In this document: positions 14,500 through 26,193 of the stretch, piece after piece
Position numbering within the stretch: the stretch's first letter is position 1
How the letters are laid out: each line of letters opens with the position of its first letter
Assembly (NCBI GenBank): GCA_035221665.1
Contig: CM069147.1
Span: forward strand, 47,244,001-47,308,000
DNA length: 64,000 nt
Direction: 5' to 3'
Source of the DNA: Okamejei kenojei
Taxonomy: Eukaryota
The notes under the pieces: generated by a model
Databases searched by the model: none
Told to the model about the DNA's origin: nothing
The model's input: the letters and a program-made list of their open reading frames with translations, nothing else
Program-made: the position numbers and the translations under genes

Positions 14500-15470
14500 C
14501 GCTGAGTTGTGTGTGTGTGTCTCTCTCCCTCTCTGTCTATCTGTGTATCTGTGTGTGTGTCTGCTGTCGGGTCCCGGTGGCCGCTCAAAGTCACCCGAGC
14601 TGCTTGATTCCTCTGANNNNNNNNNNNNNNNNNNNNNNNNNNNNNNNNNNNNNNNNNNNNNNNNNNNNNNNNNNNNNNNNNNNNNNNNNNNNNNNNNNNN
14701 NNNNNNNNNNNNNNNNNNNNNNNNNNNNNNNNNNNNNNNNNNNNNNNNNNNNNNNNNNNNNNNNNNNNNNNNNNNNNNNNNNNNGGCCGCTCAAAGTCAT
14801 CCGAGCTGCCTCATTCCTCTGAAGTNNNNNNNNNNNNNNNNNNNNNNNNNNNNNNNNNNNNNNNNNNNNNNNNNNNNNNNNNNNNNNNNNNNNNNNNNNN
14901 NNNNNNNNNNNNNNNNNNNNNNNNNNNNNNNNNNNNNNNNNNNNNNNNNNNNNNNNNNNNNNGCTCAGTCACCCGCGCTGCTTAATTCCTCTGAAGTGGT
15001 GGCCAGCTGCTGTCTGTGTGTATCTCTATCTGTGTGTGTGTGTGTGTGTGTGTCTCTCTCTCTCCCTCTCTGTCTATCTGTGTGTGTGTGTGTGTGTACT
15101 GTCGGGTCCTGGCGGCCGCTCAGTCACCCGCGCTGCTTAATTCCTCTGAAGTGGTGGCCANNNNNNNNNNNNNNNNNNNNNNNNNNNNNNNNNNNNNNNN
15201 NNNNNNNNNNNNNNNNNNNNNNNNNNNNNNNNNNNNNNNNNNNNNNNNNNNNNNNNNNNNNNNNNNNNNNNNNNNNNNNNNNNNNNNNNNNNNNNNNNNN
15301 NNNNNNNNNNNNNNNNNNNNNNNNNNNNNNGCTCAGTCACCCGCGCTGCTTAATTCCTCTGAAGTGGTGGCCAGCTGCTGTCTGTGTGTATCTCTCTCTC
15401 TCTGTGTGTGTGTGTGTGTGTCTGCTGTCGGGTCCCAACGGCCGCTCAATGTCAGTCACCCGGGCTGCTT
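14500..15470. repeat. Compound ~130-160 bp tandem repeat with (TG)n/(TC)n, interrupted by three N gaps
   Basis: Recurring GCTCAGTCACCCGCGCTGCTTAATTCCTCTGAAGTGGTGGCCA; gaps at 14617-14784, 14826-14962, 15161-15330. Confidence 0.85.
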
Positions 15471-15687
15471 CCTTTTTTAAAATTATTTAAAATAGAGATC
15501 CATTGCAAAAAAGTATTTAAAAACATAAAAAAACAAGAAATGCTTGGTAGAATGCGCATTTTCCCATTGTAGGTCATATCAATAGATGCGGCTGCGCTGA
15601 AATAACTCAAAACCACAGGATGGAGATGTATTTTAACATTGTTGCTTTATTAAACCATACCTTCATTCACGGTTGGCTCAAGAGTAA

Positions 15688-15745
15688 CGGGAGAGGAACT
15701 TGCTAACTCGGGAGAGGAACTTGCTAACTCGGGAGAGGAACTTGC
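15688..15745. repeat. 21-bp tandem repeat, about 2.8 copies
   Basis: CGGGAGAGGAACTTGCTAACT repeated. Confidence 0.9.
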
Positions 15746-16179
15746 AACATCGCAGCAATTACATACCCGTGGGAACTCGGCCACACACTTGATCATACAC
15801 TTGCAGTCTCGTGGGCAGCCACGAGTCTATCACTCGGGGTACCTCGTGGGTCAACTCGCACAGTGAGACAGGGGCATTAGTCAATAACTGGTATACCTCT
15901 TTGCTGGTTCAGTTTTTTATTTGAACCTACTAAAAGGCATACTGAATGTTTTGACATTCAATAAAGACTAGCAACATATCACTTTATTTATCTCATTAAA
16001 ACTATCCCATTTGTCTTAAGCAATCTGGGTTTGACATACTGAATTATTGATATGCAATAATTATGTTTCAACACTTGTCTCTTGTCGTCTTTACTGTGCT
16101 TACATTTTATTTGCACCACTTAAAAATAGCTGACTTTCAGCATTGTTTAATTTAAAAAAAAATTAGATATACAGTCAAA

Positions 16180-16625
16180 GTCATAGTGGAAACAGACCTT
16201 TCAGTCTAACTTGCCCTCACTGGCCAACATGTCCCAGCTACACTAATCCCACCTGCCCATACTTGGTCCATATTCCTCCAAACCTATCCTATCCATGTAC
16301 CTGTCTAACTGTTTCTTAAATGTTGGGATAGACCCTGCCTCAACTACCTCCTCTGGTAACTTGTTCCATACATCCACCGCCCTGTGTTTGAAAAAGTTAC
16401 CCCTCGGATTCCTATTAAATCTTTTCTCCCTCACCTTAAAGCTATGTCCTGTGGTTCTTGATTCTGGGCAAGAGATTCTGTGCATCTACCCAATCTATTC
16501 CTCTCATGATCTTGTACACCTCTGCAAGATCACCCCCTCATCATCCTGCACTCCAAGGAATAGAGTCACAGCCTACTCAACTACCTATAGCTCCGACCCG
16601 CTAGTCTTGCCAACATCCTTGTAAA
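16180..16625 (-). mobile_element. CR1 LINE 3' end
   Basis: Minus ORF RTTGHSFKV..RGNFF..WNKLPEEVVEAGSIPTFKKQLDRYM. Confidence 0.85.
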
Positions 16626-17644
16626 ATCCTTGCACAATATATTAATAACAATTTGCTATCTTGGTGGGGTTGAGACATCCTAAAAGTGTTGATAAACTCC
16701 ATTACTAAACTATGCTGAGGTATCACGGTGGGAACATTGGGTCTTGAACGGGTCCCTTTCTGGCGACACTGGTTTGATTAATTTTACTATAGGCTGAATT
16801 AATGTTTTAATTATTGTAAAAAATAAGTCATTGTAAAGCCTTCTATTTTACTGAATTCCTTTGTCTTAGCTTGGAGGGTTGTTGACATAAAAAGGTAAAT
16901 GGACATAAGGTTGTTTATCAAAAATAAATCCCCATTGGAACATTTCCAATTCTTTCGGCTACAATATCTTTTTGCCTAATGTGTCTGTCCAATTTGACTC
17001 TTTTGCTGCACCCTCCAACCCCGATCATTCTTTTATGCATCTGCAAGGTTGACACAATACCTCCATCTTTGGCTACCTGTTTTGCAGGATCAGCCATGGT
17101 TATAGTTTGACTCCGCAGAGGTGCTCTGCTGATTGCTCAGTAACTTGTGTGACTCCCCATTTGGCTCTGGTCAGACTAATTGCTTGCCTGAGAATTTTGA
17201 TATGTCCAAGAGTTGTCTTAAATACTATATCTTACCCCCACCTGGTGGTTGATTGCAAAAATTACATCCACCATCATGTTGGGAAAGTTTGTATGTGGAG
17301 GATACGGAGTAAAAGAGATTGCTGTGTTACTTGGTGTTGAGAATGGAGAGGATGTATTTTGCATAATCTTGCCATCCTGTAAGTTGAATTATACAGTGCC
17401 CTCCATAATGTTTAGGACAAAGACCCATCATTTATTTATTTGCCTCTACTACACAATTTGAGATTTGTAATAGGAAATAATCACATGTGGTTAAAGTGCA
17501 CATTGTCAGATTTTAATAAAGGCCATTTTTATACATTTTAGTTTCACCATGTAGGAATTACAGCAGTGTTTATTCGTCACTCCCCCCCCCCATATCAGGG
17601 CACCATAATGTTTGGGACACAGCAATGTCATGTAAATGAAAGTA

Positions 17645-18690
17645 CCGTATTTCCCATTGACGAAGATGCACCTCCCTCTTTTGAGTTGCTAACTTTGGGG
17701 GAAAAAATACAAACGTTTGCCGTGATGGCGGCCATTTGCATTACGTTTTGTTTATACCACTGCAAGCCACATCCGATCCAATAGAGCCCCAGGCCGCAAA
17801 AACTCCACCAGTCACTCCACCAATCGACTTTCGACCCGCTGTTTCCTGGCCTCTGCTCTGCCTCCGTGACCCATGGGTGCGACACAATGAGGCCTAACAT
17901 CTAGGACAGGGGTCGGCAACCTACGGCCCTCGGGCCAGATCCAGCCCGTAACCCGAAATTCTCCAGCAAGCAGGCGTTTTTTTTTCAATTCGTTTCCGCA
18001 ACCTGGGAACTGCAGCCAGTCCCGGGGACGCAAACTGACCTGGGAACTGCAGCCAGTCTCGGGGCACGCAAGCGACCTGGGAACTCCAGTTAGTCTCGGG
18101 CTGCTAGATTCTAGGAGCTGGTGGCCTCCAACTAGAATCGACCTTGAAGTCGCAGAGCCTATGGACTTACCATCACGGAGTGGGCTGACTTCAGTGGCGT
18201 TGTGGCTGCGACTAAACTTTGGAGGCTTCGGTTTTGCTGCAACATGTTTCACAAAGCATGGGGGGGGGAATTGTCCCCCACCTCTCAAAACATGTGGGTG
18301 GGGGGGGGGGGGCAGGCCCCCCCATCGTCCCCCAGGATTTCCGTCCGTGCCAGGTCACCTCCCGGAGCAGACCATGGAGCCCCCAACCGACTCACCGGCA
18401 CCGTTCCTGCCCTCCGTCCTCCACTGTCTCGAAAGAATTCATTTTGAAAGAAAGATTTCATTTCCAACTACCACTCCGACTATCCCACCTTCTCCCCACC
18501 ATTAATTTTCTTTATCGCAAGAGTGAAGAGTTTTTTAATTGTCATACTATACTGGCAATGGAACAATGAAATTCTTACTTGCTGCAGCTATAGGCCTATG
18601 AATAACCTAAACTTCGGCCTCCAAGAAGCAGGTAATTTTTCGGGCCTTATTTTAGGGTAAAAAATAGCGTATTTGACGCAGGAAATACGG
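17645..18690. mobile_element. Non-autonomous Tc2/pogo-type element nested in the Tc1
   Basis: TA|CCGTATTTCC ... GGAAATACGG|TA; related ends at 53270-53935. Confidence 0.8.
17908..17960 (+). mobile_element. hAT (Charlie-like) terminal fragment
   Basis: CAGGGGTCGGCAACCTACGGCCC(T)CGGGCCAGATCC(A)GCCC typical of Charlie-type left ends; other end not found. Confidence 0.55.
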
Positions 18691-20502
18691 TAGTCGTTTA
18701 GTATTTTGTTACATATCCTTTGCATGCAATGACTGCTTGAAGTCTGCGATTCATGGACATCACCAGTCATCTCTGGTGATGCTCTGCCAGGCCTGCATTG
18801 CAGTCATCTTTAGTGTATGCTTGTTTTGGGGGTTGAACCCATTCAGCTTTCTCTTCAGCATATAAAAGACATGCTCAATTGGGTTCAGATCGGGTGATTA
18901 ACTTTGCCACACAAATTAACCATTTTTTAGCTTTGAAAAACGCCTTTGTTGCTTTAACAGTATGTTTGGGATCATTGTCTTGCTGTGCAATGAACCATCG
19001 CCAATGAGTTTTGAGGCATTTGTTTGAACTTGAGCTGATAGGATCTGTCTATTCACTTCAGAATTCATTATGCTACTACCATCAGCAGTTGTATCATCAA
19101 TGAAGATAAGTGAGCCAGTACCTTCAGCCATACATGACCAGGCCATAACACCCCCACCACTGTTTCACAGATGAGATAGTATGCCTTGGATCTTGGGCAG
19201 TTCCTTCTCTCCTACATACTTTGCTTTTGCCATCACTCTGATATAAGTTAATCTTCGTCTCATCTGTCCACAAGACCCTTTTCCAGAACTATGGTTGCTC
19301 TTTTAAGTACTTCTTGGCAAACTGTAATCCGGCCATCCTATTTTTGCGGCTAACCAGTGGTTGGCACCTTGCAGTGTAGCCTCTGTATTTCTGTTTATGA
19401 AGTCTTCTGCGGACAGTGGCCAGTGACAAATCCACACCTGTCTCTTGAAGAGTGTTTCTGATCTGTCGGACAGGTGTTTTTATGGGGGGGGTGGGTGTTC
19501 TTTATAATAGAAAGAATTCTTCTGTCATTATCTGTGGAGGTCTTCCTTGGCCTACCAGTCCCTTTGCGATTAGTAAGCTCACCAGTGCTCCTTTCTTCTT
19601 AATGATGTTCCAAATAGTTGATTTTGGTAAGCCTAAAGTTTGGTTGATGTCTCTAACAGTTTTATTCTTGTTTCTCAGTCTCATAGTGGCTTCTTTGACT
19701 TTCATTGACACAGCTTCGGTCCTCATGTTGATAAACAGCAATAAAAGTTTCCAAAGATGATGGAAAGACTGGAGGAAAGACTTGGTGTTGAGCGCTCTCT
19801 TATACCTGCATTAAGGAGGCAATTAAACACACCTGAGCAATTACAAACACCAGTGAAGCCATGTGTCCCAAACATTATGGTGCCCTGAAATGGGGGAGGG
19901 AACTATGTATAAACACTTCTGTAATTTCTACATGGTGAAACCAAAATATATGAAAATGGCCTTTATTAAAATCTGACAATGTGCACTTTAACCACGTGTG
20001 TTTTTCTATTAAAAATCTCAAATTGTGGAGTACAGAGGCAAATAAATAAATGACGGGTCTTCGTCCCAAACATTATGGACGGTTATGTATCACCCATTTT
20101 CCCTTCCCAAAAAACTTGCAATCATAATATTGGGCCATCTAAACAACACCTGTCCTGCCTAACACCAGCCCCCAACTTCTAAACAACATTCCTCTGTGTA
20201 ATTTGGGCCTACTATCCTTTACCATCTACAACACTTAAACTTGACAGTTCTACTACCGCAGTAGTTGATGAATAATAAGTCTAAATCTGAATTAAAATTG
20301 CTAATGTAGATTGTAATGATCTATTTATCATAGAAGGAAAATAATTATCAATTTGCTTTATTGATAGTTTGGCTTTTAATAAAAAATATTCAAGGAACCA
20401 ATTTCTGAGTTGCTAGCTAACCCTGTTTAATCCAATGGGAATGTTGAAAAAAATGTTTCTTTCCCAGAGAAAAGAATACAGTGTGTTTTAATGTTGCTAC
20501 AG

Positions 20503-20646
20503 GCTAAAGCTGCTGGTGATGATGAAGCCATGTTTATTGATGACAACTTCTGTACTGCTTTGGAGTATGGACTTCCTCCCACAGCTGGATGGGGTTTGGG
20601 CATAGATAGACTCACGATGTTCCTGACGGATTCTAACAATATCAAG
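20503..20646 (+). CDS. KARS1: Lysyl-tRNA synthetase exon (motif 3)
   Basis: CTACAG|[48 protein letters not shown]|GTAAAT; 144 nt. Confidence 0.97.
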
Positions 20647-20698
20647 GTAAATTGACTTTGTAAGATCAATGTTTTGTTATTTAATTTTTAAGTTATAA

Positions 20699-21540
20699 CT
20701 AGACCAAGTGCAGACCCGTTGGGTCTGCTTCCCCAACACACCCGTTCCCTACCCGTACCCCCATGGGAGGCGTGGTCCTCCAAGTCAAGCCATTCCCGAA
20801 CATAAGGTTCCAGCACTCCCTTGCCTCCCTCAGCAGTGCTCTTTAAAAGAAATTCCAATTGCATTTGCCCTGCGTGTTGCAATAGCAATTCGCCATCCCC
20901 GTGCAAGTCGAGCCATGGTGACGTCACCAGTTGAAGCTGGTCAGTTTGAAATTCAAAGTGTATTGATTTTTTTAAACTTTAATCAAAAAAATGTGAATCC
21001 GAATATGTAAAAATCTTGTGAAAGTTGGCATTTTTAAAGCTTTAATCGCAATAATGTGTCAAATATAGAATGAAATCTTCAGCGAAGAGGATCACTGCTC
21101 GAGCCATTGTGACGTCATCAGTTGAAGCTGGTCGTTTTCATTTCAAAGTTTTTTTACTTTCTTAGACTTTTTATCAGTAATATGTCAGGAATAAGTCAAG
21201 AAAAAAACATAATGTTCAGATAAGTGATCCAGGCCTCGAGGGGAAATATGTCAATCAGAATATGTAAAAATGTTATCGTTACTGCGTAGTGTTTTTGCGA
21301 AGATGTAAAGACAACCACATATACACACACATAGAGAGGAAGGGTTGGAGAGAGGGAGAGGATGGAGAGGGGAGGGAGAGGGAGGGAGGAAGGGAATAAG
21401 TGGGAGGGAGAAAAAAAGGAAGTAAAGGGGGAGGGAGCAAGGGAGGGAGAGGGAGGCTTCAAAAATGGCATACGTCAATTGCGATTAAAGCTTTAAAAAT
21501 GCCAACTTTCAGAAGATTTTTACATATTCTGATTCGCATT
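20699..21540 (-). mobile_element. Non-autonomous Helitron, 3' end (5' part rearranged)
   Basis: Minus strand ends GCAGACCC-AAC-GGGTCTGC hairpin + ACTTGGT-CTAG|T. Confidence 0.7.
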
Positions 21541-21848
21541 CCAGAACAAGGGGTCACAGTCTAAGGATAAGGGGGAATTCCTTTAGGACCAAGATGAGGA
21601 AAACATTTTTCACACAGAGAGTGGTAAGTCTCTGGAATTATCTGCCAGAGAAGGTAGTTGAGGCCAGTTCATTGGCTATATTTAAAAGGGAGTTAGATGT
21701 GGCCTTGTGGCTAAAGGGATCAGGGGGTATGGAGAGAAGGCAGGTACAGGATACTGAGTTGGATGATCATCCATGATCATATTGAATGGCGGTGCAGGCT
21801 CGAAGGGCTGAATGGCCTACTCCTGCACCTATTTTCTATGTTTCTATC
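21541..21848 (+). mobile_element. CR1 LINE 3' end
   Basis: MRKTFFTQRVVSLWNYLPEKVVEA.., (TTCTATG)n tail; same family as 33400-33695. Confidence 0.88.
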
Positions 21849-22296
21849 ATCTGATGCTAAAAGCAGGAAGCAGCCGTTCAAACAGCAGTATACAAAGAGA
21901 TGGCACTGAATGCACTGTCAAGTGAGGTGCGTAGAAGACGTGTCAATTGGTAGCAAAGTTATGCATTCTTGTACCCTTACATAGGTATGACTGCACATAA
22001 AAAAATAACATTTTTTCAGCAAAATGGCACCACGTAAAAATACTGATTTCCTCAGCAAAAATACTGATTTTCAGGTATTAGAATACTGAAATGCTGTGAT
22101 AAAACTCTGAATATATATTCTCATCCTGTTTTGGTATTAAACTATTTTTGCTGTGACTAATGAGAAAGAATTCAATATGTACTCTATTTCAATGAAATGT
22201 TGCTGAATCCAAGTATGCTTCCCCATTTAGTTCAACAGGTGTAAGCCACATTGCATGGGTGTGGCAAGTTCCTTCCTTGCACACTGTGTTCTTTTA

Positions 22297-23529
22297 AGAC
22301 CCTGTTCCACTTTCACGACCTAATTCGCCACCTCTGACGACCTTAAAAAAATCAAGGTCGCGGTAACATACGGCCTCCTATGTCTATGTCTACGACCTCC
22401 TATGACTATGAAGAAGACCTCCCACGACTATGAAGAAGACCTCCTTCGACTTTGTTGAAGACTGGCTTTGACCATGTACATATTACCTCTGTTTGCAGTA
22501 GCCCTTTTGCTTCATCAGCCTTTTAAGAAAGGCAGAAGGGGAAAAGCAAGGGTAAAGAGGAGCACAAGTCTCAATGGGGAATGGAGATGATGTGATGTAC
22601 GGTCCGAGTATACCAGGTGACTGGAAGAGATGGAACTTTAAGCACACATGTGGGGCAGTGGATGGCAAGCATGCCATTCTTGTCCCTGTCCCTCTACCCC
22701 TCATTTTCCTTTTTGTACAGGTTGGCATTCTGCTGGAACCATTCCTCAAGGTCCCCCTCCTGCTTCCTGGTGAAGGTGTAGGGCACAACCTTCCTCCAGC
22801 CCTCCCTCACCACCAATGGAGTATCTGCCTCTGATGCTGTGTCAGACGCAGGCAAAAGGGCTGCTTTGCTGCCTTCAAATGAGGCAGTGAGGCATTGGGT
22901 GGTGGTGGGGACATATACTACCACCCTGGTCTCCTCCTCCAGGGGTCTTTCATGCAGGGCTACTTCCTCCTGCATTATCGCCTCCTGTGGCATCACCTCC
23001 TGCCACTCCTCTTGAATGGGCAATACCTGCATGACAGGTTTTTTTTTAGGATTGTGTTCTCCCCCTGCGCTGCTGCCTTTTTGGTGTCATCTCTAAAACA
23101 CAAGTCTCCTCTCCAAAAAACTCTCCAGCTATGAATGAACATGCCTTGGAGTGACAGAGGTGACGTTCTGCTGTTTAAATAACCTTTTTTCTACTGACCT
23201 TTTTTCCACCCCTGAGCTATTACCTTCGACTGCCTCCGACCACCTATGACTACCTACAACTAGCATCACGACCTACTACAACCTACCTACCAGTAAAAAG
23301 TATCAAATTTTTCCCATGCCGACATTTTTTTTTACTCGTGGACATTTTTTATCAGGCTAGAAAAACCGCCACGACCTACTTGATGCGACGAGTATGCAGA
23401 CACCACTCACGAACATGAGGAAGACTTCCTACGACCTCCTATGACCTCGTAGAGACCATGCTGCGAGTATGAGCCAAGGACAAACTCGGCAGAGGTTGGG
23501 AATTAGGTCGTGAAAGTGGGACTGGGATT
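22297..23529. mobile_element. Internally deleted PIF/Harbinger transposon
   Basis: TTA TSDs; TIRs CCCTGTTCCACTTTCACGACCTAATTC / GAATTAGGTCGTGAAAGTGGGACTGGG; + strand WNFKHTCGAVDGKH (Harbinger DDE); - strand FTRKQEGDLEEWFQQNANLYKK (MADF/Myb-like). Confidence 0.88.
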
Positions 23530-23880
23530 TTACCTTGTATGACTTGTTTGATGTCAAGTTATGGCAGCTGGTCCCGTGTTACCAGATTTGTTGAATTCCC
23601 TTTAAAGTATGCCATGGTAGAACTTGAAATCACTAGCCTTTGACTTTTATAACGATTGCTTTGCAATGGTATTTGTTAACTTAAAATTGTTGTTAAGCAT
23701 CAACATGAAAAATTATGTGATTAATTTCAGGTTAATGCACACAGAGCATTTATTTTTCTAAATTGTATTCAGAGTATTATGTGTTATAGGTTAAGTCCAA
23801 AAATGGCTAAAATTGACTTTTGCATGCATTTCTAAAGTTTCGTACCAGCATTAAAAAGTTGACTGTTTCATTTACTTTAG

Positions 23881-23967
23881 GAGGTCTTGTTCTTCCCAGC
23901 AATGAAACCAGAGGACAACAAAAAGGAACGTCCTGATGCAACTGAAAATGCACCACCTACAAACTAG
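23881..23967 (+). CDS. KARS1: Lysyl-tRNA synthetase terminal coding exon
   Basis: CTTTAG|EVLFFPAMKPEDNKKERPDATENAPPTN* (TAG 23965-23967). Confidence 0.96.
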   Translation, partial: EVLFFPAMKPEDNKKERPDATENAPPTN

Positions 23968-24282
23968 GAGCCTTGCAATTCAACAAATCATAAAAAGAGA
24001 TTGCATTGCTACATTTAATTTTAGGAAACATGTTATTTCTTCTGGCTGTAGGGAAGACTTTAATCTTCATTCTTGTTGATTTTCAACTGTGCTGACATTT
24101 CACTGTTTTTGGTTTGTAATAATCACCCATTCCTCCAAATCACTTTGTATCAAGATAAAGTAACAAATTATTTGTCAGGTTTAATATCTTTTATACTTGA
24201 GTTTCTGCAAATATCCAAATCTGTACCATATAGACAGCATTTTCTGGTATTACAATATGATAAGACGATATGATGAATCATT

Positions 24283-24288
24283 AATAAA
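24283..24288 (+). terminator. Candidate KARS1 polyadenylation signal
   Basis: AATAAA about 315 nt after the stop codon in AT-rich unique sequence; no transcript evidence. Confidence 0.55.
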
Positions 24289-24770
24289 CAAAGAAGCAAT
24301 GAATTATTCCTAGGAGTAGACTGCAGTCTTTTACATTTATTATACATTTTGTTTCCTTCCAAGGAAGTGGGATAATAACATGGTGTAATATAAGACCTGT
24401 AGGCTTGAATTGCATCATATTCAATTCCTTTAGTGGCCTGATCTTCAGAGGCTAGTGTAGTTTCTTACACTGGCTAGACCTCACTCGGAATATTATTCAA
24501 TTCCGTCACTACACTGTAAAAAAAGAATGTGATTGCAATGTAAAGAGTGCAGAGGAAAGCCATTAGGATGTTGCCTGTATTGGAAGACTTTATATATGGG
24601 GAGGGATTGGATAGGCTGAGCTTGTTTTCCCTGGTGTGAAAGATATTGACAAAGCTGAGACATTATGAGAGTTGATGTTATCTTTCCCATCTTAGGTATA
24701 TCAAAAACAAGAGGTTTGGCTGGGAGGAAGGAGATTTGAGGAGATCCAAGGGTGAGGTTTTATTTTTATA

Positions 24771-25428
24771 CTAGACTAAGTGGGACCCGTTGGGTCCCAT
24801 GTTAACACTGGAGGGCTGGTCCCCCGACGCAATATTCTACCTCTCCACCAATTCCAATATTGGAGGGTGGGGGGGGGGGGCTTTCTGGAGCACTAGTATG
24901 GTTGTTGTGGGCTGAAGGGACTGGTTTCCAGAGGGCTAGTATGGATATTGTGGGCCAAATGGATTCTTGGGGAGGCAGCTCAGTCCCTCAAGCCTGATGT
25001 GCTGGCAGCTCGCTCACGGCTGGTGGGCTGGCAGTTGACATGCGGCTATTCCTTGAAATTCCATTTCAAGCAGGGTGCAAGGCCACCAAATTCAAATGCA
25101 GTTTCCTACCACTTCAAGCAGGGTGCAAGGCCACAAAATTCAAGTGCAGTTTTATACCAGTTCAAGCAGGGTCCAAGGCCACCAAATGCCAAGTGCAGTT
25201 TCATGCCACTTCAAGCAGGGTGCAAGGCCACCAAATTCAAATGCAGTTTCATGCCACTTCAAGCAGGGTGAAACCACCATAAAACCATGCAAAACACCAC
25301 ATAAACACCACACACAGTTCAGTAGACATTCAGTGTGTTCAGTTCATTCACAGCTCAGACAGAATCGTGACCTCTCCTCCATCTTGCAGAGACTGAGCCA
25401 CACCCACACTTCTGGGTTTTATAATCCC

Positions 25429-25467
<39 letters not shown>

Positions 25468-26193
25468 ACCAGAAGGCGAAGGCCTTTCATGGCGTGATTG
25501 ACGGAGAGATTCTCAACATTTTTAAAATACTAATAACACTTTTATTTTTCATTGATGGGAAGAATCCTCTGCACCTGCTGAGCGGAGGGGGGCTGGGTAA
25601 GATGGGCAAAATCACAGCCATAAGTGGTAGCGTTTTATCTAAAATCAATATACTTTGCAAACAGGAAGTTGTCAAGTTTAGGCTTTTAACCATTTGCAGT
25701 GCTTTAACTTCAAACCAACCACAACCAACCATTTGCTGTGCTTTAACGTCAAACCAACCACCACCAACCATTTGCTGTGCTTTTACTCCAAAACAACCAC
25801 CACATTTTCATTTTCAAACCACATTAAGGACACTCAAGGTCAGTAAAACCGTACTCGGTTTAGTAGACATGTGTTTAGTGTTATTCACAGCTCAGACTGA
25901 GAGACGTGACCCTCTCGCTCCCCCATCTTGCAGAGACTGACTGAGGCACTCAACACTTCCGGGTTTCATAGTCCCTCCGGAAGGTGCGTGGCCTTCAGGA
26001 GAGAGAATCTCAACATTTTTTAAACACTAATAACTCTTATTTTTAAACTATGGGAAAAATCCTCTTGACCTGCGCAGCGGAGGGGGACACTGAGTAAGAT
26101 GGCCAACAATCACAGCCGTTAAGTGGCAGCGTTTTTTCTAAAATCAATATGCAGAACAGGAAGTGGTCAAGATCAGACTTTTAGTAATATAGA
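24771..26193 (-). mobile_element. Complete non-autonomous Helitron
   Basis: Minus strand: A|TCTATATTACTAAAAG ... GGGACCC-AAC-GGGTCCC hairpin, ACTTAGT-CTAG|T; no TSD; internal ~47-bp repeats and duplicated 5' module. Confidence 0.88.

Larger units (their letters stand above)
13731..15876. mobile_element. Non-autonomous PIF/Harbinger-like DNA transposon containing inserted repeats
   Basis: TIRs CCCCTGTCTCACTGTGCGAGTTG(G)CCCACGAG / CTCGTGGGTCAACTCGCACAGTGAGACAGGGG flanked by TTA-like sites. Confidence 0.8.
17394..20087 (-). mobile_element. Tc1-family IR/DR DNA transposon, decayed transposase
   Basis: TA|CAGTGCCC...; ~230-bp TIRs (17394-17620 / 19863-20087) each with two CATAATGTTTGGGACA-like direct repeats; minus-strand remnants of HTH (INQTLGLPKSTIWNIIKK) and DDE domain (MAWSCMAEGTGSLIFID). 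Confidence 0.92.

Noticed and set aside
14346-15490. Long ORFs (158-331 aa)
   Set aside because: They run through N gaps and TG/TC microsatellites.
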